Below are positions 12,501 to 23,400 of a DNA stretch of 64,000 nucleotides, piece after piece. The translations under genes and the position numbers were made by a program. Position 1 is the stretch's first letter. Every line of letters begins with the position of its first letter. Origin of the DNA: Phoronis australis (taxonomy: Eukaryota; Animalia; Phoronida); assembly GCA_002633005.1 (NCBI GenBank), contig NMRA01000031.1, positions 520,888 to 584,887 of the forward strand, given 5' to 3'. Under the pieces are notes generated by a model, which had not been told where the DNA came from, did no database searches, and saw nothing but the letters and a program-made list of their open reading frames with translations.

Positions 12501-14532
12501 AGCTGACAGACCAGATAGACCAGGTATAGAGTTGATCAGAACACCTGAAAAGATGGCCGAGATCTGTGAGTATGATACAGCATTAAAGGAAGGCTACATA
12601 TTTGATCGCATTCTTTCCACTACTGTGAAGCTTCATGGTAGCCAAGGTGCCGACCGTCTTGTGGAAGAATTTAAAGAAAAGAGGAAAAAGTATAAAGCTG
12701 ATGGCCGAGTACTTGAAAAGGTGCATCGGGAAGTCATGGAAATACTCCAGGAATTTAGACCACAAAGAATGCTTGTTGACAACATGGTTAATGACGTTAA
12801 GCAAGATATGTTCCGATTGCCTACTGTGATCATGAGCTTGTTAAAGACACTGTTCGGAGTGGATAGTGAATTCACATGGGACGTTTTGAGCGAAATGGAA
12901 GATAAGAAAATGTTGACAGAAGACGGTTGCCATAATTTACTGGTGGTTGTGTCCATTGTTGCTCTCCTGAGGCTGGTGATGTATTGTCAGAAGTCTTGTC
13001 AAGGGGAGTTGCTATCTTGGGCACCACAGACCCTTGAGAGTAGTGAAGCAGACTCCAAGAAAGTAACCCGACTTTACAGATACAAACCTATACTCATTCG
13101 GTATGCTTACACCATTTTTCCATTTGCTGATTGTGTTGATGGTATAGATTTACAGACCATCTGCAAATCAAAGAAACTGGACGGCGTTTTCTACGATCAG
13201 AATTACTATCATGTCGGTTTGTTAGAGCAGAAGTTCTTTGCATTTGATAAAGCGCGACATAACTATATCTGTCATATTGAGACCAGAGCGAATAATTCGT
13301 CTTTGGAAGAAATGAATTCCAGAGATTTCCTGGATGTCAAATATGGGCCCGAGGGCAAGAATATTTCTTGCAACGTTAACGATGATTCCGTACTGTCTTG
13401 TTTGCGACTGATTGGAGGTACGTATCACGCCGAGGGTCATTTTCGAGAGGCGTCTGAGTTCTACACATATGCACTGAATGCAATTATCAGGCGGTATAAA
13501 CACACCACCTTATCGAAGTCGTGTCTTGAATCAATTAAAGAGGCTGGTGATAAAAGCTCATTCTGTGGACAAGTCCTTCATGATATGTGCGAAGTATATT
13601 ATATATTGGGTCATTATGACTTAGCTCTAGATTTTGCGAACTACTCGTTGAAAATTTTCCAAAGTTTGAAAATCATCCGGGCCACCATATATTGTAGAAA
13701 GAGCATTGGCATGATTTGTTGTGCAATGGTAAAGTACGATGAAGCTTTGGGAAATTACAACATTGCATTGGATGGTCTAAAGAATGACTGCGAGAGCTTC
13801 AGTCTGCAAATATTAAAATATCATATTATTCATCGCAAGGGACTTGTGTATGAAAGACGTGGAAATCATGACTTAGCACTAGAAAATCATAAAGAAGCGT
13901 TGAAAGGCTTGCAAGAGATCTGTGGATACGGGGACCATTTCCAAATTGCATCTGGTTTACGAGACGTTGGAAGTGCTTACGCAAATAAGGCGGAATATGA
14001 ACTGGGGTTGAAATACTTTAAGGACTCGCTAAGTATGTGTCGAACTCTAACTAAAGATGAAGACCATATTGCTACAATGGGACTGTTGCGTAACATTGGA
14101 AACTTGTACATTAAGATGGAGAGAACGGTCAAATTAGGATTGGAATATTGTGAGAAATCACTTGAAATGTGCAAACGAATTTTTGATAACGCCGACCACC
14201 CAGAAATCGCAGCATGTTTGCTAAAGCTAGGCGTTGCGTTTGGCGTCAACAATGAACACCATTTGGCTTTGCAAAGCTTTATAGACTCATTGCGCATTTG
14301 GAGAAAATTTCATGGTTATGATGACCATCCTGAGATCGCTTCGTGTTTAACTAACCTGGCATTAGCTTACTACAACACACAGAATTACCAGTCTGCCTTG
14401 TTTCATTTCGAAGAAGCAAAAGATATGACAATTAGGATTTTCGGGGAATCGCAACCTAGTAAGTTAGCTAGTTTGTTGAAATTTATTCGAATGGTGCGTA
14501 ATGCAATGGGCAATGATGAAGAAACCAGTTGA
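6426..14532 (+). CDS. chimeric protein (~1090 aa): STIP1/HOP-like TPR2A domain + DUF294/GlnD-like nucleotidyltransferase + helical substrate-binding domain + C-terminal TPR array
   Basis: Exons: 6426-6455 (or its duplicate 6072-6101), 9281-9407, 10112-10214, 10806-10926, 11641-14532. All introns are GT-AG with compatible phases (0,1,2,0). The spliced N-terminus reads MADAEKLEKE|AQIEKELGNAAYMEKKFEEAHQCYDRAIQLDPTNITFYTNKA|AVYFEQCNFVECIKICEQAVSVGQNNQADCKLIAK|AFARMGKAYKRKSDLKNALLNFNKSLAEHKAPDVEKLVKE|ISEEELRG..., continuing in frame into the 924-aa ORF. Confidence 0.8.
6887..7030. mobile_element. hAT-type MITE with 11-bp TIRs and 8-bp TSD
   Basis: TIRs are CAGTGCTGTAG...CTACAGCACTG, flanked by gcgcaata / gcgcaatg (7/8 TSD match). 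A diverged inverted copy follows at ~7119-7251. Confidence 0.8.
8095..8640. repeat. dispersed element with internal ~150-175-bp diverged tandem units (Helentron-associated/HINE-like)
   Basis: The core 'tttcaatgaaactt' recurs at ~8296, 8472 and 8618, with 'tgatgtcaatgc' and 'catcttgaaga' in register. Similar inverse-orientation 'aaatttca' units lie at 53.4-54.6 kb. The family assignment is inference. Confidence 0.5.
8813..8904 (+). repeat. short direct duplication (~43 bp x2)
   Basis: tggcaagta(a/g)agacaaggagctgacattg(a/t)ggccattgtgaca occurs twice. Confidence 0.85.
11185..11340. mobile_element. small MITE in the intron before the NTase exon
   Basis: Imperfect TIRs ggg..agttgcataaa / tttatgcaactgggccc. 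Confidence 0.55.
11641..14532 (+). CDS. single 2.9-kb terminal exon: pol-beta-superfamily nucleotidyltransferase (DUF294/PII-uridylyltransferase-like) + TPR repeats
   Basis: The frame is open from the acceptor tag|11641 through the ATG at 11758 to TGA at 14532. It has the NTase signature 'AMGSLARGEATPFSDLEWAILV' (GS at 12223) and 'GFEFD...CKTPLGR'. C-terminal ~44-aa TPRs include 'DHPEIAACLLKLGVAF' and 'DHPEIASCLTNLALAY'. Confidence 0.92.
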   Translation: MSEEELRGLDDRETELACSLKELIKSEGGSASAGTIFVKMGNIHKERALLTKCVQHCVTASALYNAALIRTKDEELVKGLEATVRENEQAFCDLLSLPGNKVPVDYKADVKNMLDSIRKRVSPTAEKLLEDYNKALQLDPTETERLSLEKEFVEETRKVFNDMCSDIISLDGLLMSKAEEILGSPPQEYAAIAMGSLARGEATPFSDLEWAILVQDESKDLEYFRNLVRLVHLFVLNFGETYLRTMSIKSLNDYYTPGGNWFLDDVVARGFEFDSAAPYACKTPLGRADRPDRPGIELIRTPEKMAEICEYDTALKEGYIFDRILSTTVKLHGSQGADRLVEEFKEKRKKYKADGRVLEKVHREVMEILQEFRPQRMLVDNMVNDVKQDMFRLPTVIMSLLKTLFGVDSEFTWDVLSEMEDKKMLTEDGCHNLLVVVSIVALLRLVMYCQKSCQGELLSWAPQTLESSEADSKKVTRLYRYKPILIRYAYTIFPFADCVDGIDLQTICKSKKLDGVFYDQNYYHVGLLEQKFFAFDKARHNYICHIETRANNSSLEEMNSRDFLDVKYGPEGKNISCNVNDDSVLSCLRLIGGTYHAEGHFREASEFYTYALNAIIRRYKHTTLSKSCLESIKEAGDKSSFCGQVLHDMCEVYYILGHYDLALDFANYSLKIFQSLKIIRATIYCRKSIGMICCAMVKYDEALGNYNIALDGLKNDCESFSLQILKYHIIHRKGLVYERRGNHDLALENHKEALKGLQEICGYGDHFQIASGLRDVGSAYANKAEYELGLKYFKDSLSMCRTLTKDEDHIATMGLLRNIGNLYIKMERTVKLGLEYCEKSLEMCKRIFDNADHPEIAACLLKLGVAFGVNNEHHLALQSFIDSLRIWRKFHGYDDHPEIASCLTNLALAYYNTQNYQSALFHFEEAKDMTIRIFGESQPSKLASLLKFIRMVRNAMGNDEETS

Positions 14533-15992
14533 TCAGTTCAACTGCTGTTGAAATAACAATTCGACAGGATATATGGACTATTCCTCAAAGAAATTCCTTC
14601 AGCTAACATTCAAGAGAATGCAGTTATGTCACATTTAAATTCGTTGAAATCATATATTGTAAATTCCAGACCAGTCAAGTTTTACACAAAACAGAGTTTT
14701 CATTGTAACCTATGGCAACCGTTACAATTTGGAAGGATCCTATGAATTTTAATTATGTTTGCACGTGGTATAGCCTCTAGCAGGAAGTCTTTTATTTGAG
14801 TGTTTTGTGTTTTTTCTGTTGTTCCTGTTACTGTTTTGGTATGTCCAGGTGACTGCTAATGTTTTTCTCCCACAAAGTACGTAAGATTTACTAACGTTTA
14901 CTATCAGTGCGTTCTAGACCATTATTTGTTTATACTTATTCAGTGTTTTTAAGTGCTCTTCCGGCGATTAGTAATATTTTAGCTGTTAGTCAGCTTTCCT
15001 AGATTAAATTGACAGTTCTTAAAGGGTCACTACAACCATTTTCTTAAAGGTCTATTCATTGAATTTTAATTGAGTTTTCCAGTTCATAACTGTTTTCGTA
15101 GTGTTTTATCTCTTTTTCAGCTTCTACGGTGTGTTTTTTTAATGCTCTTGGGAAAATAAATTCCTGAACCAGGAGTTCTTGTGTTTTTGTCCGTAGAAGC
15201 CAGCTAGGGGGAAACGTATATATTTTGATTTAACTTGGGCCTACATGATAATAAGTACACGCTTCCATAGTTTCGAATTGAGCATATGTGCAGCGCTTGT
15301 ACACTCACGTGGTGGAGAACGAGGTAGGGTCAACAAGCGGATTTGTTGATGGTTTTTGACCGAAGCACCTTGCTACGGGACGCTGTCATTGTCAGATTGC
15401 CTCGTTTTCGATGCAGTCGAAGGCAGTGTTCCCTTTTGTCAGTTGAATAGGGACCGAGCAATAGAATGCAAGATTTCTCTTAAAAAAGTTTGGAGATATA
15501 GAATTAAGCAGGTCTCGATAATGAATTTATGACAACAGTACAACACCCAAGGAGTAGTTGGAGCAGAAACCTTAGACTCAAAAATGCCTGTGGACTGTAC
15601 ACCCAGCGATTTTGACCGAAAGTCTCAAAAATTGCTATACATCGGAGTTCATATCTCGTACAACACAAAATGGCTGCTAGACCTGACGATCGTGTATTGA
15701 ACGACGTAAAAGGGCTATAGACTCGACGATCGTGTTCAGAATATACAAGGAGATCCATGAATGCGAAGGAGGCATCAGATCCGACGATTGTGTCGCAAAT
15801 GTTCACAAACTAAAGGCGGCGGATTGTGTACCCAGGGTGTGAGGGAGAGCAATGTAATGGGGATTGAGAAGACGTTGTCATGCTTGCGTGGCGTGCCGCT
15901 GGGATGAGGATTTTCCATTTCTGAGATACTTTTTGGGTAATTTTTCATCATTTTGTTATATAATTTAGGATGGCAGTTCGAATTAAGTTATC

Positions 15993-16188
15993 ATCAAAAA
16001 CCGGACGATCGCCGCACAAATAAAAAAGTTCATGTTCAATCCAACATACAGCTCAGGTAACATCCATAGTTTGGCACTTGTTGTCCTAAATTGTTGTAAA
16101 TATGATGCTGATGATGTCTAATGAAAAGACGAAACGTTGAATTGAACATGAACTTTCTTATTTGTGCGGCGATCGTCAGGTTTTTGAT
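15993..16188. mobile_element. foldback/MITE with ~48-bp terminal inverted repeats
   Basis: atcaaaaaccggacgatcgccgcacaaataaaaaagttcatgttcaat (15993-16040) pairs with attgaacatgaactttcttatttgtgcggcgatcgtcaggtttttgat (16141-16188). Confidence 0.85.
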
Positions 16189-19100
16189 ATTATTGTGGCC
16201 AAAAACTGATTTAAGTTATTATCAATAACGAGACGGTACTGGATCACTACTTCTGAACTTCTGCAACTCATTGGACAGTCGTCATGGTTTAACAAATGAC
16301 TGACGCCTGTAGGCACTTAACATAGGAATTTTCCGCCTACTTTGATGTCACAAAAATGAAGCGTTTCCAGTGAGTCACTGCTGGTTTCGATGTTTTTGTT
16401 GGCCACTAAATACTGAGGAAATGAAGTTTTCGTTAACTATAAGGCCTCCCGCATCTTATTTTTTTTGAGTTGACGAAATAATTGTAAAAAGTTTACTAAC
16501 TCAGTGGACAAATACGCTTAGAAAACCCGCTAAGTTGATGATTATAATGGTTAATCCATGTTGTAAGTAATTATTACTTCGCTTTTTGCAATATTGCACT
16601 TAACGCTTCACCTCTATAATTACGTGGCGGCCAAAGTGACCTTGAAAACAAGGCTATACCTGAAGGCCAAGTTGTGGTTCAACAGCCTTGAGTGAAAGTC
16701 GATGGTCATTGACAAGCAGAGCCTTACAGAAACAAAAGCAAAAGGAAAGCAAAGTTGATTCACAAAAAGAGAACTTTTTATGAAGAAGGTACAGTCTGAG
16801 TTAAATCCTAGTAGCCTTGTGTCATTCACGTCGATTATACAACCTTACCGATAATGTAGTCCGATTTTTTGGAGCTTCGTGATATTGATTCTATATTATG
16901 CCCTGGAATCGAGTGATAAGTGTCAGCTAAATTTTAACCTGGGAAGATTACAAGCCTACCGCTGCGTGCTCACTGTTGCATAGGTTAATAAAGACCAGCG
17001 CATACGATGTGATTTGTCGTCGCCTAAAATGTGCCGGGGCCATAAAAATCGCACAATTTATCGTTTTTTCTAGTTTAATGACACAGTTTGTAGCCGATAA
17101 AAAGACGCGAGGCCTACCGACAAGAAGTATATCGCGCGTTTGTTGGCATTAAACTAACTTTAAGCTTAAGCAGTCATAGAACTGGATTTCTATATGATGC
17201 ATTCGTTAAGATCTCATTAATGAAAAAAAAAAATGTCGACGTCATTAAACTGGACAAGTCTTAGCCCGGCCGCCTGACTACTTGCATTTGCCGTCAATTT
17301 AAAACCAGACTCAATTCAACATGTCCCTTTATCATTGTTACTGTGAATGAAAGTTTAAAACTTAAATGTTTTCAGTTGAGGCTAGTTATGATATAAAATA
17401 TTCATTTCCAGAACAATAATACATCACCATTAGCCTACGCTTTCGTCATGCAAACTGCTGCGCAAGGGGATACTCGAATAATTTTGACGCAGATTTGCTT
17501 CTAGTTACACGCCTATATCAGGAGAAGACATGGCACTTATACTCGAGAACATTTTCCCAGTAATATTAATGTCATTGTTTTTAAAACTTCCAACGGGCCT
17601 AAGTATTAGCGTAGGCTTACATGCGGTATTTTGCTGTGGAAACAAAACGAGGCCGCTGTGGTGCACTAAGAATGACCTACTAACCACAAGACGTCGCTGC
17701 ACATCGCAAATCCTCAAAACGAGGTGAAGCGGAAGTTTTAAAATGTTTCCAGAAGACGAATGAAACAAGATCAGGTAATAAAGAACTTTTCTGCACACAA
17801 AAAGAACACCCGAATGGTGATTTTGGTATCGTTCGATTCCTCGCATCGTAATTATTCCAAAAATAAACGAAACTGTCCCCTACCCTGGTTTTGCCTTTGC
17901 CTTTGACTTTTGCCAGTTTGGCTTAAGTCAAGAATATTTCATAGTCAAATTTCTGCTCGTATTAATTATATTAATATTTAAGTAACTGTTTCACGCCTTT
18001 TTCACAGTACCGTATTGCGTTATGTTGAATGAAGAGTCATATGGGGATCAAAAACTTAAACTAATCTACCGACACCCATACTCTGCAGGGCGTCGCTCTT
18101 CATGAATTCAAACTGACAGACCCGTCGACCCCGAGCTACAGTCGATCCCAGGGCCAGGGCTTGAATTCCTGTGGTGACCCTGGACCCTGGTACGCATCCG
18201 CTAACAACAATCCAGCAAAAAAGAGGTTGTTTTAGAGTGTTGTGAATGTAGGTTTGTGTGGTCTTGTCTTTCATGTTGTCTCGTGTGTTCGTCTGTTAGT
18301 TGTCATTAGTGCCGTGGCCAGATGAAACCAAGCCTGGCCATTTCGCGTCCGACGCTACGGGCTGGACGCCTGGTTTTGGTGCTCTGATATTCTCTGTGTG
18401 TTCAAGACATCAAATGAGTAAAGGTAAGCTGCACGAGAACCTGCAGTAAATAAAATAAGATTTTTAGAGGTCCAAATTTGTGAAAATGGTATTACCTCAG
18501 AGAATTCTGTGTTAAAGGATCAAATGATCAGAATTCTAAAAATTTATGGAAAGGGGTTAAATGCTGCCCCTTGTTGCTCCATGTTTTCTCAGGAAAACTT
18601 TAGGGGGAATCTCACGAGCAAACACCATTTAGAATCGATGCTGTTTAACTTATATATCAACAACATGTGTCGCTGTAAAGTTGAATTGAGTGAACATGAC
18701 TGTGTGAATCGGAAAATACTACGAACAGAAATTTTGACGATAAAGTACTGAGAAAACGCAATAGGGGATACATTCACATATTTTTGGAATGAGAACGATT
18801 GCCAAATCCGAAATTGTGCGTGTATAAGTCAATGTTGTCATATTGTAAACAATTGCCAAGATTTGCAGTACTTGTAAAGTTGAATCAAATCAGTTACTGT
18901 ACTTTGTTAAGAAATACTAATTGATAATAATTGAATTACGAATTGCATGACATTCGGATAACAGTGTACAACTTACCTGGCACTGCCTCTGGCACCGTCC
19001 ACAGGCATTGTCATCCACAGGCACTCTCATCGATCGCTATTATAGTATCCTGTCGGGCATCTGATTAGAGGACCTGTGCTCTCATCAGCTGTTGGAAGGT

Positions 19101-19368
19101 ATGTGATGAATGTGCTGTGAGTGTACTAATATAAAGCAAGTTTTTTGCTGTAGTACTATAAAGGCCTACCACTCGCCTACGGGCAATAGATTGTCCCGGA
19201 TTACACAGCGACACTCGAATTTGGCTATCAGTATTTACCCACAATGCCATACACATCCGTCAGGCACATTTGCCACCTTATTTTCGTGCTACTGGAGTTT
19301 CACATGTTTTGTTGTTGCCTGACTCTTTACAAGTTTTTCTTGGAAGCATTACTCTATTCGTCCTTCCA

Positions 19369-19485
19369 ATGCCAACGAAGTATTACTGCTGCGCTGTAGG
19401 CTGCAACTCTGACGTGACAAAGTTTGATAAACTCGACAAATGTCCATGGACGCGTGATCTGAAATTCTTCGCCTTCTTGACATAA
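19369..19485 (+). mobile_element. truncated THAP-domain N-terminus (transposon remnant)
   Basis: MPTKYYCCAVGCNS...LKFFAF matches the THAP start (CxVxGC...FFxF), then terminates early. Confidence 0.55.
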
Positions 19486-20413
19486 TGAGAGACACGAAAA
19501 TGAGCCCGATTTCCAAAACTAGGTCACGCGCTTTCTTATCTCCAGGACAAAGGAGAGTTCTATCACTGTGTAATTTGGGACAGCCCTATTGTCGACTGGT
19601 TAGTATGCCTGGCATTGAAGCAAGATGTACTGGGTTCAATATTTGGAAGAAGGTAATTGTTCGCTGTTGGCAAACAAAAGCAATCCAATATGGCCATCGA
19701 GTAGATGGGGCTGTTGAAAATAACACTTCAAATCGGTAATTAGAGGTATTGTCTATTGATGTTTAATTTACTGATCCTTTAGTGAAAACACAACCGACTG
19801 ATATAAGCAATATGCCTCAAATTCTACAGCTCACTCACTAATTAAAAGCTGTCTTTGCTGAAGTTGTTCCAATGTGCATGCTCAAGATAACCTGGCACCA
19901 AGCCAGAATTACGACATATTAAGTGGTGGGACATTCAAGTGAGGCTCACGCAAGTAAAAATTAGAGCATTTCTTCTTGGAACATGCGCATGTTCATCCAC
20001 TCCTGTGTTTTTTATTTGACTGAAATGAACATGCTGTTAGTGTTAGAAGCCGGCTCCATTTTCAACACTGCAGGATGACCCAAATTGAATACAAAGCCTG
20101 CTCTGTTTCGATCCTCTTGAACAGCACAGAACTTTTAACCAATCCCCAGCCCCAATTTACTGTGTATTGCATGTTGTTACATGTTTCACTTGATGTGAGT
20201 TTTTTGAGCCTGTTTGACAGTCATTTAATGGGTGAGTGACTTGTGGAATTTGAGGAATATTGCCTACATCAGTTGGTTCTATTTGTTTTCAAAAACAAAA
20301 ATATCAACTTTTGGTTATTTGTAGTCAAATTTCTGACTTTGAGTATTCCACCAAATACATTTATCGGTACGTGTCTGTAAAATGTTAAGGTTTCTCGCTT
20401 CAGCTTTGCATGG

Positions 20414-23400
20414 ATGTTTGAGATGATGGACTTTGACAAATATGGCTTTGCAATATTCTCAGAGAGCAGTGAACCTGATGTTGGGCACAGAACACATGAA
20501 TACTCGACGAGGTATGATTTAGCATACTGCACTGTACAACACATATGTATGAAGTGCTGGCAATATCTGTGACATTTTAATCTGTTCATTGTACTTTCAG
20601 AGATTTTAAACACAATTAAGAATCTAAGCTTCCAATTTCAAATGACACGTATCATTTTGCCTTCATTTTGTTAAAAAAATCAACTTTTGTCAGTTTCTGC
20701 ATAATAGTGTCGAATCCGTGAGACAAAATTCTTCCTTTTTTGAAGCCTTGTTTTTACATGGGTATAAACCCGCATATTATGTCACAGTGTTAATTCCATT
20801 GTCTCGAATGAAGAAATTAAATTAAATTAACTAGAGGACTTTTAAGATAATTTTGTTTTGTAACTTTTTTACATTGCAGGCAACACTTGTCTGAAAAGGG
20901 CAGACTTGGGTTTGAAAGCCTGTTGAGCTCTTGGAAGGACTGCAATAGTTTTCGCAATAAGGTATCTAAAGAGTTCAAGTTCGATTGACAAAATGTGTCG
21001 TGTGCCTCAGGTTCCTTAGTAATGGAATAAATACCATGATACCTTTACTGGTACTTGAAAAGTGGGGTCACTGACAACTTATTATTTCGTTATCCACATC
21101 CATCAGCCTGCAGGGCGTCGTGCTTGTTTTTCTAGTGAAAAAGTATATGGTATTGAAAAGAACTAGAAGTGCACTTACGAATATTTTGTGTCCGAGGGGT
21201 ACCTGTGTGCTCTGCACTTTGTGCCAGTCACAACAGCAATGAACCATTGCCATAGAAACAATGCGAACACTGCCTCAATCTATACTCTGCACCTATTATA
21301 TAGTGCCAGTGTCATGATTAGTGATCTCAAAGGTGTTACTTTTGGTAAGTTGTCTAAGTACAAAAATCTGAGGTGCGGAATTTTGGCTGTGATGGTTATA
21401 TGATGTATTGAGGGTTTTGGAAAGAGCCCCACGGTGAAATGTTCAGTTTATCGAAGAGACACTGCTTCCAAAGGCGCACCCAGGCAATCTTTTGGAAACC
21501 TGCGTTGCTGCCCGCAGAATGTTCATTCAGCTATGGCCCTTTAACGTGTTGAGTTGTGGAGAAAAGGAAGGTTTTTCAGCAGCTTTGTTACTATATGAGA
21601 AGACTTATTATGCTTCTGTTGATGAGTGATGAACTTGAAATAAATTATAATTTAGCGGTCCTTTCAAATATGAAAAATTGACTCAAAATATCAATGTGTT
21701 GTCCACAGTTTCCACATGTAGGCTACCAGACATGTGAAAAGATACAAAGAAGCTCCCCATGGTAGTTATTTTAGCCTTGTTTCCAAAAGAGTCCCTTAGG
21801 GGTCTCTTTTTCACAACTCTGCGGTATTCTCCCACATTAGTTAAATTCAAATTTCTCATGGGAACTCCTGATATTTCACTTCTAAAATTTGTCCACTATG
21901 CTCTCAAGTGCCACTCTATGTAGTGTTTTGTGCACCTGACAACTTGCTATCTTGTATTTGTTATACTTCAAGCCAATGGCCATATGTATGTATTCCAATA
22001 TTGGAACATTCTTCGCAAGTTCGCTAAATCATCAGCAATGATTTAGCGAACTTTGGAAGACTGTTTCAAGGTGCTGTTGCTAAGTTGTGAGTTAACAAGA
22101 AGATTTGAAGATTTTGGTTAATCCCTTTTAACATAGTTTTGTACCTTATATAAACATTTAAGTCTTCTAATGTTGTACCTTGTTCCCTTGTTATGAAAAA
22201 TTCATTGCTTATTGATTATCCTTTGTGTTCTGTAGTTAACCAAAGCCGTGCGCCAGGGTGTACCCAGCTGTTACAGAGCCCTTCTGTGGAGAAGACTACT
22301 CAATGTAGATGCATTGCAGACATCATCTTCATTTAACTACCAGGTGATTATTATCCACCTGAGTTATTTTTAGCTGTATTGTCACTGAGGATATGTAGAA
22401 CCATATCCACACGCCTGTGCATTTCGATCAATATCTAGACAATTATAGAAATTACCTCAGAGTCTGTAAAAGTATGTATTTTCAGATTTTTAACTTTTTT
22501 ATTTAGTCTAATTTGTCAATGCGTGACCGTGTCTTTAATAGTAAAATTTAGCAAAAAGAAAGCTATTCAAAGCAAAACAATGGTGTCAATTAAATTAACA
22601 AGTTTCTGTTTGATTTCGTTTTTGTTTTATGCAATTTTTTTGTGAAAAAATATAAAAATAGCCTTCATGCAAGTGTGGAAGATTTTTAATAACTTCTTTC
22701 AGCGTTTTGAAGAACAATGCAAAGCGTAGTCCATGGAAGTTCCATATGAATCCATTCTGACTTCCTAAATTGGTCAAATATGGACATTTTTGTAGGGTAC
22801 TATGCAACTTTTATGTCTGCACAATGTTAACTATTTCAAACTATGTAGGTGGCAAATAAGTTAGATTTACCATTGAGTAGTGAATTTTTGTCAAATTTCT
22901 TGGTGTCAGGTGTTTGAAGAGATTTATTTATTGCATTCTTTCCATGAACTGTGAGACTGTGATCAAATAACTCATGTTGAGAATTTATACATTTTTAGCT
23001 CTGTTGCAATCCTTAGACAAGATTAGAAAAAAGTCACTTAAGCATTGATTTTTTAGCAATTCTTCCTCTAAAAATACTTAAATACTAAAAACTAGTAATT
23101 ATAAAAATGCTATGTTGATCTAAGACCATACTGTTCTTTATCATTTTATCTTCTTAATATGGTAATAGCTTATGAACTGATAATAGGGTTTCACCAAATA
23201 AAAATCACGATGAGAAAAGCAAGAAAACTTCTATCTCATAATGACATCCGTCCATGTATTAACTATCCCGAGTTGGTTTCAGGCTCATCTAGTTGCCGTG
23301 CGAGAGCAGTTGGTTGACTTGGGCGTGTCAGAGTACGGTGGCGCCCACTGCCTGGACGTGTTATGTAACATGACATCAGAGGACGATGAAGGGGTCAATC

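Noticed and set aside
12033-14297. Antisense ORFs overlapping the NTase-TPR exon, and the many other 60-130-aa ORFs in the track
   Set aside because: They are shadow or random ORFs with no recognisable motifs.
11758-14532. Bacterial contamination or a stand-alone prokaryotic ORF
   Set aside because: The frame opens at a splice acceptor (11641), is phase-compatible with upstream spliceosomal exons, and is embedded among host repeats with no gap.
15500-15810. Possible further THAP/Kolobok remnant following ttaaagggtcac at 15019
   Set aside because: I found no convincing matching right TIR, and the protein similarity is too weak.
18414-19652. Upstream coding exons of the TBC gene (MSK..., 19546-19652)
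   Set aside because: They have good splice sites but I found no ATG-initiated frame joining the DKYGF exon, so they are probably 5'UTR exons.
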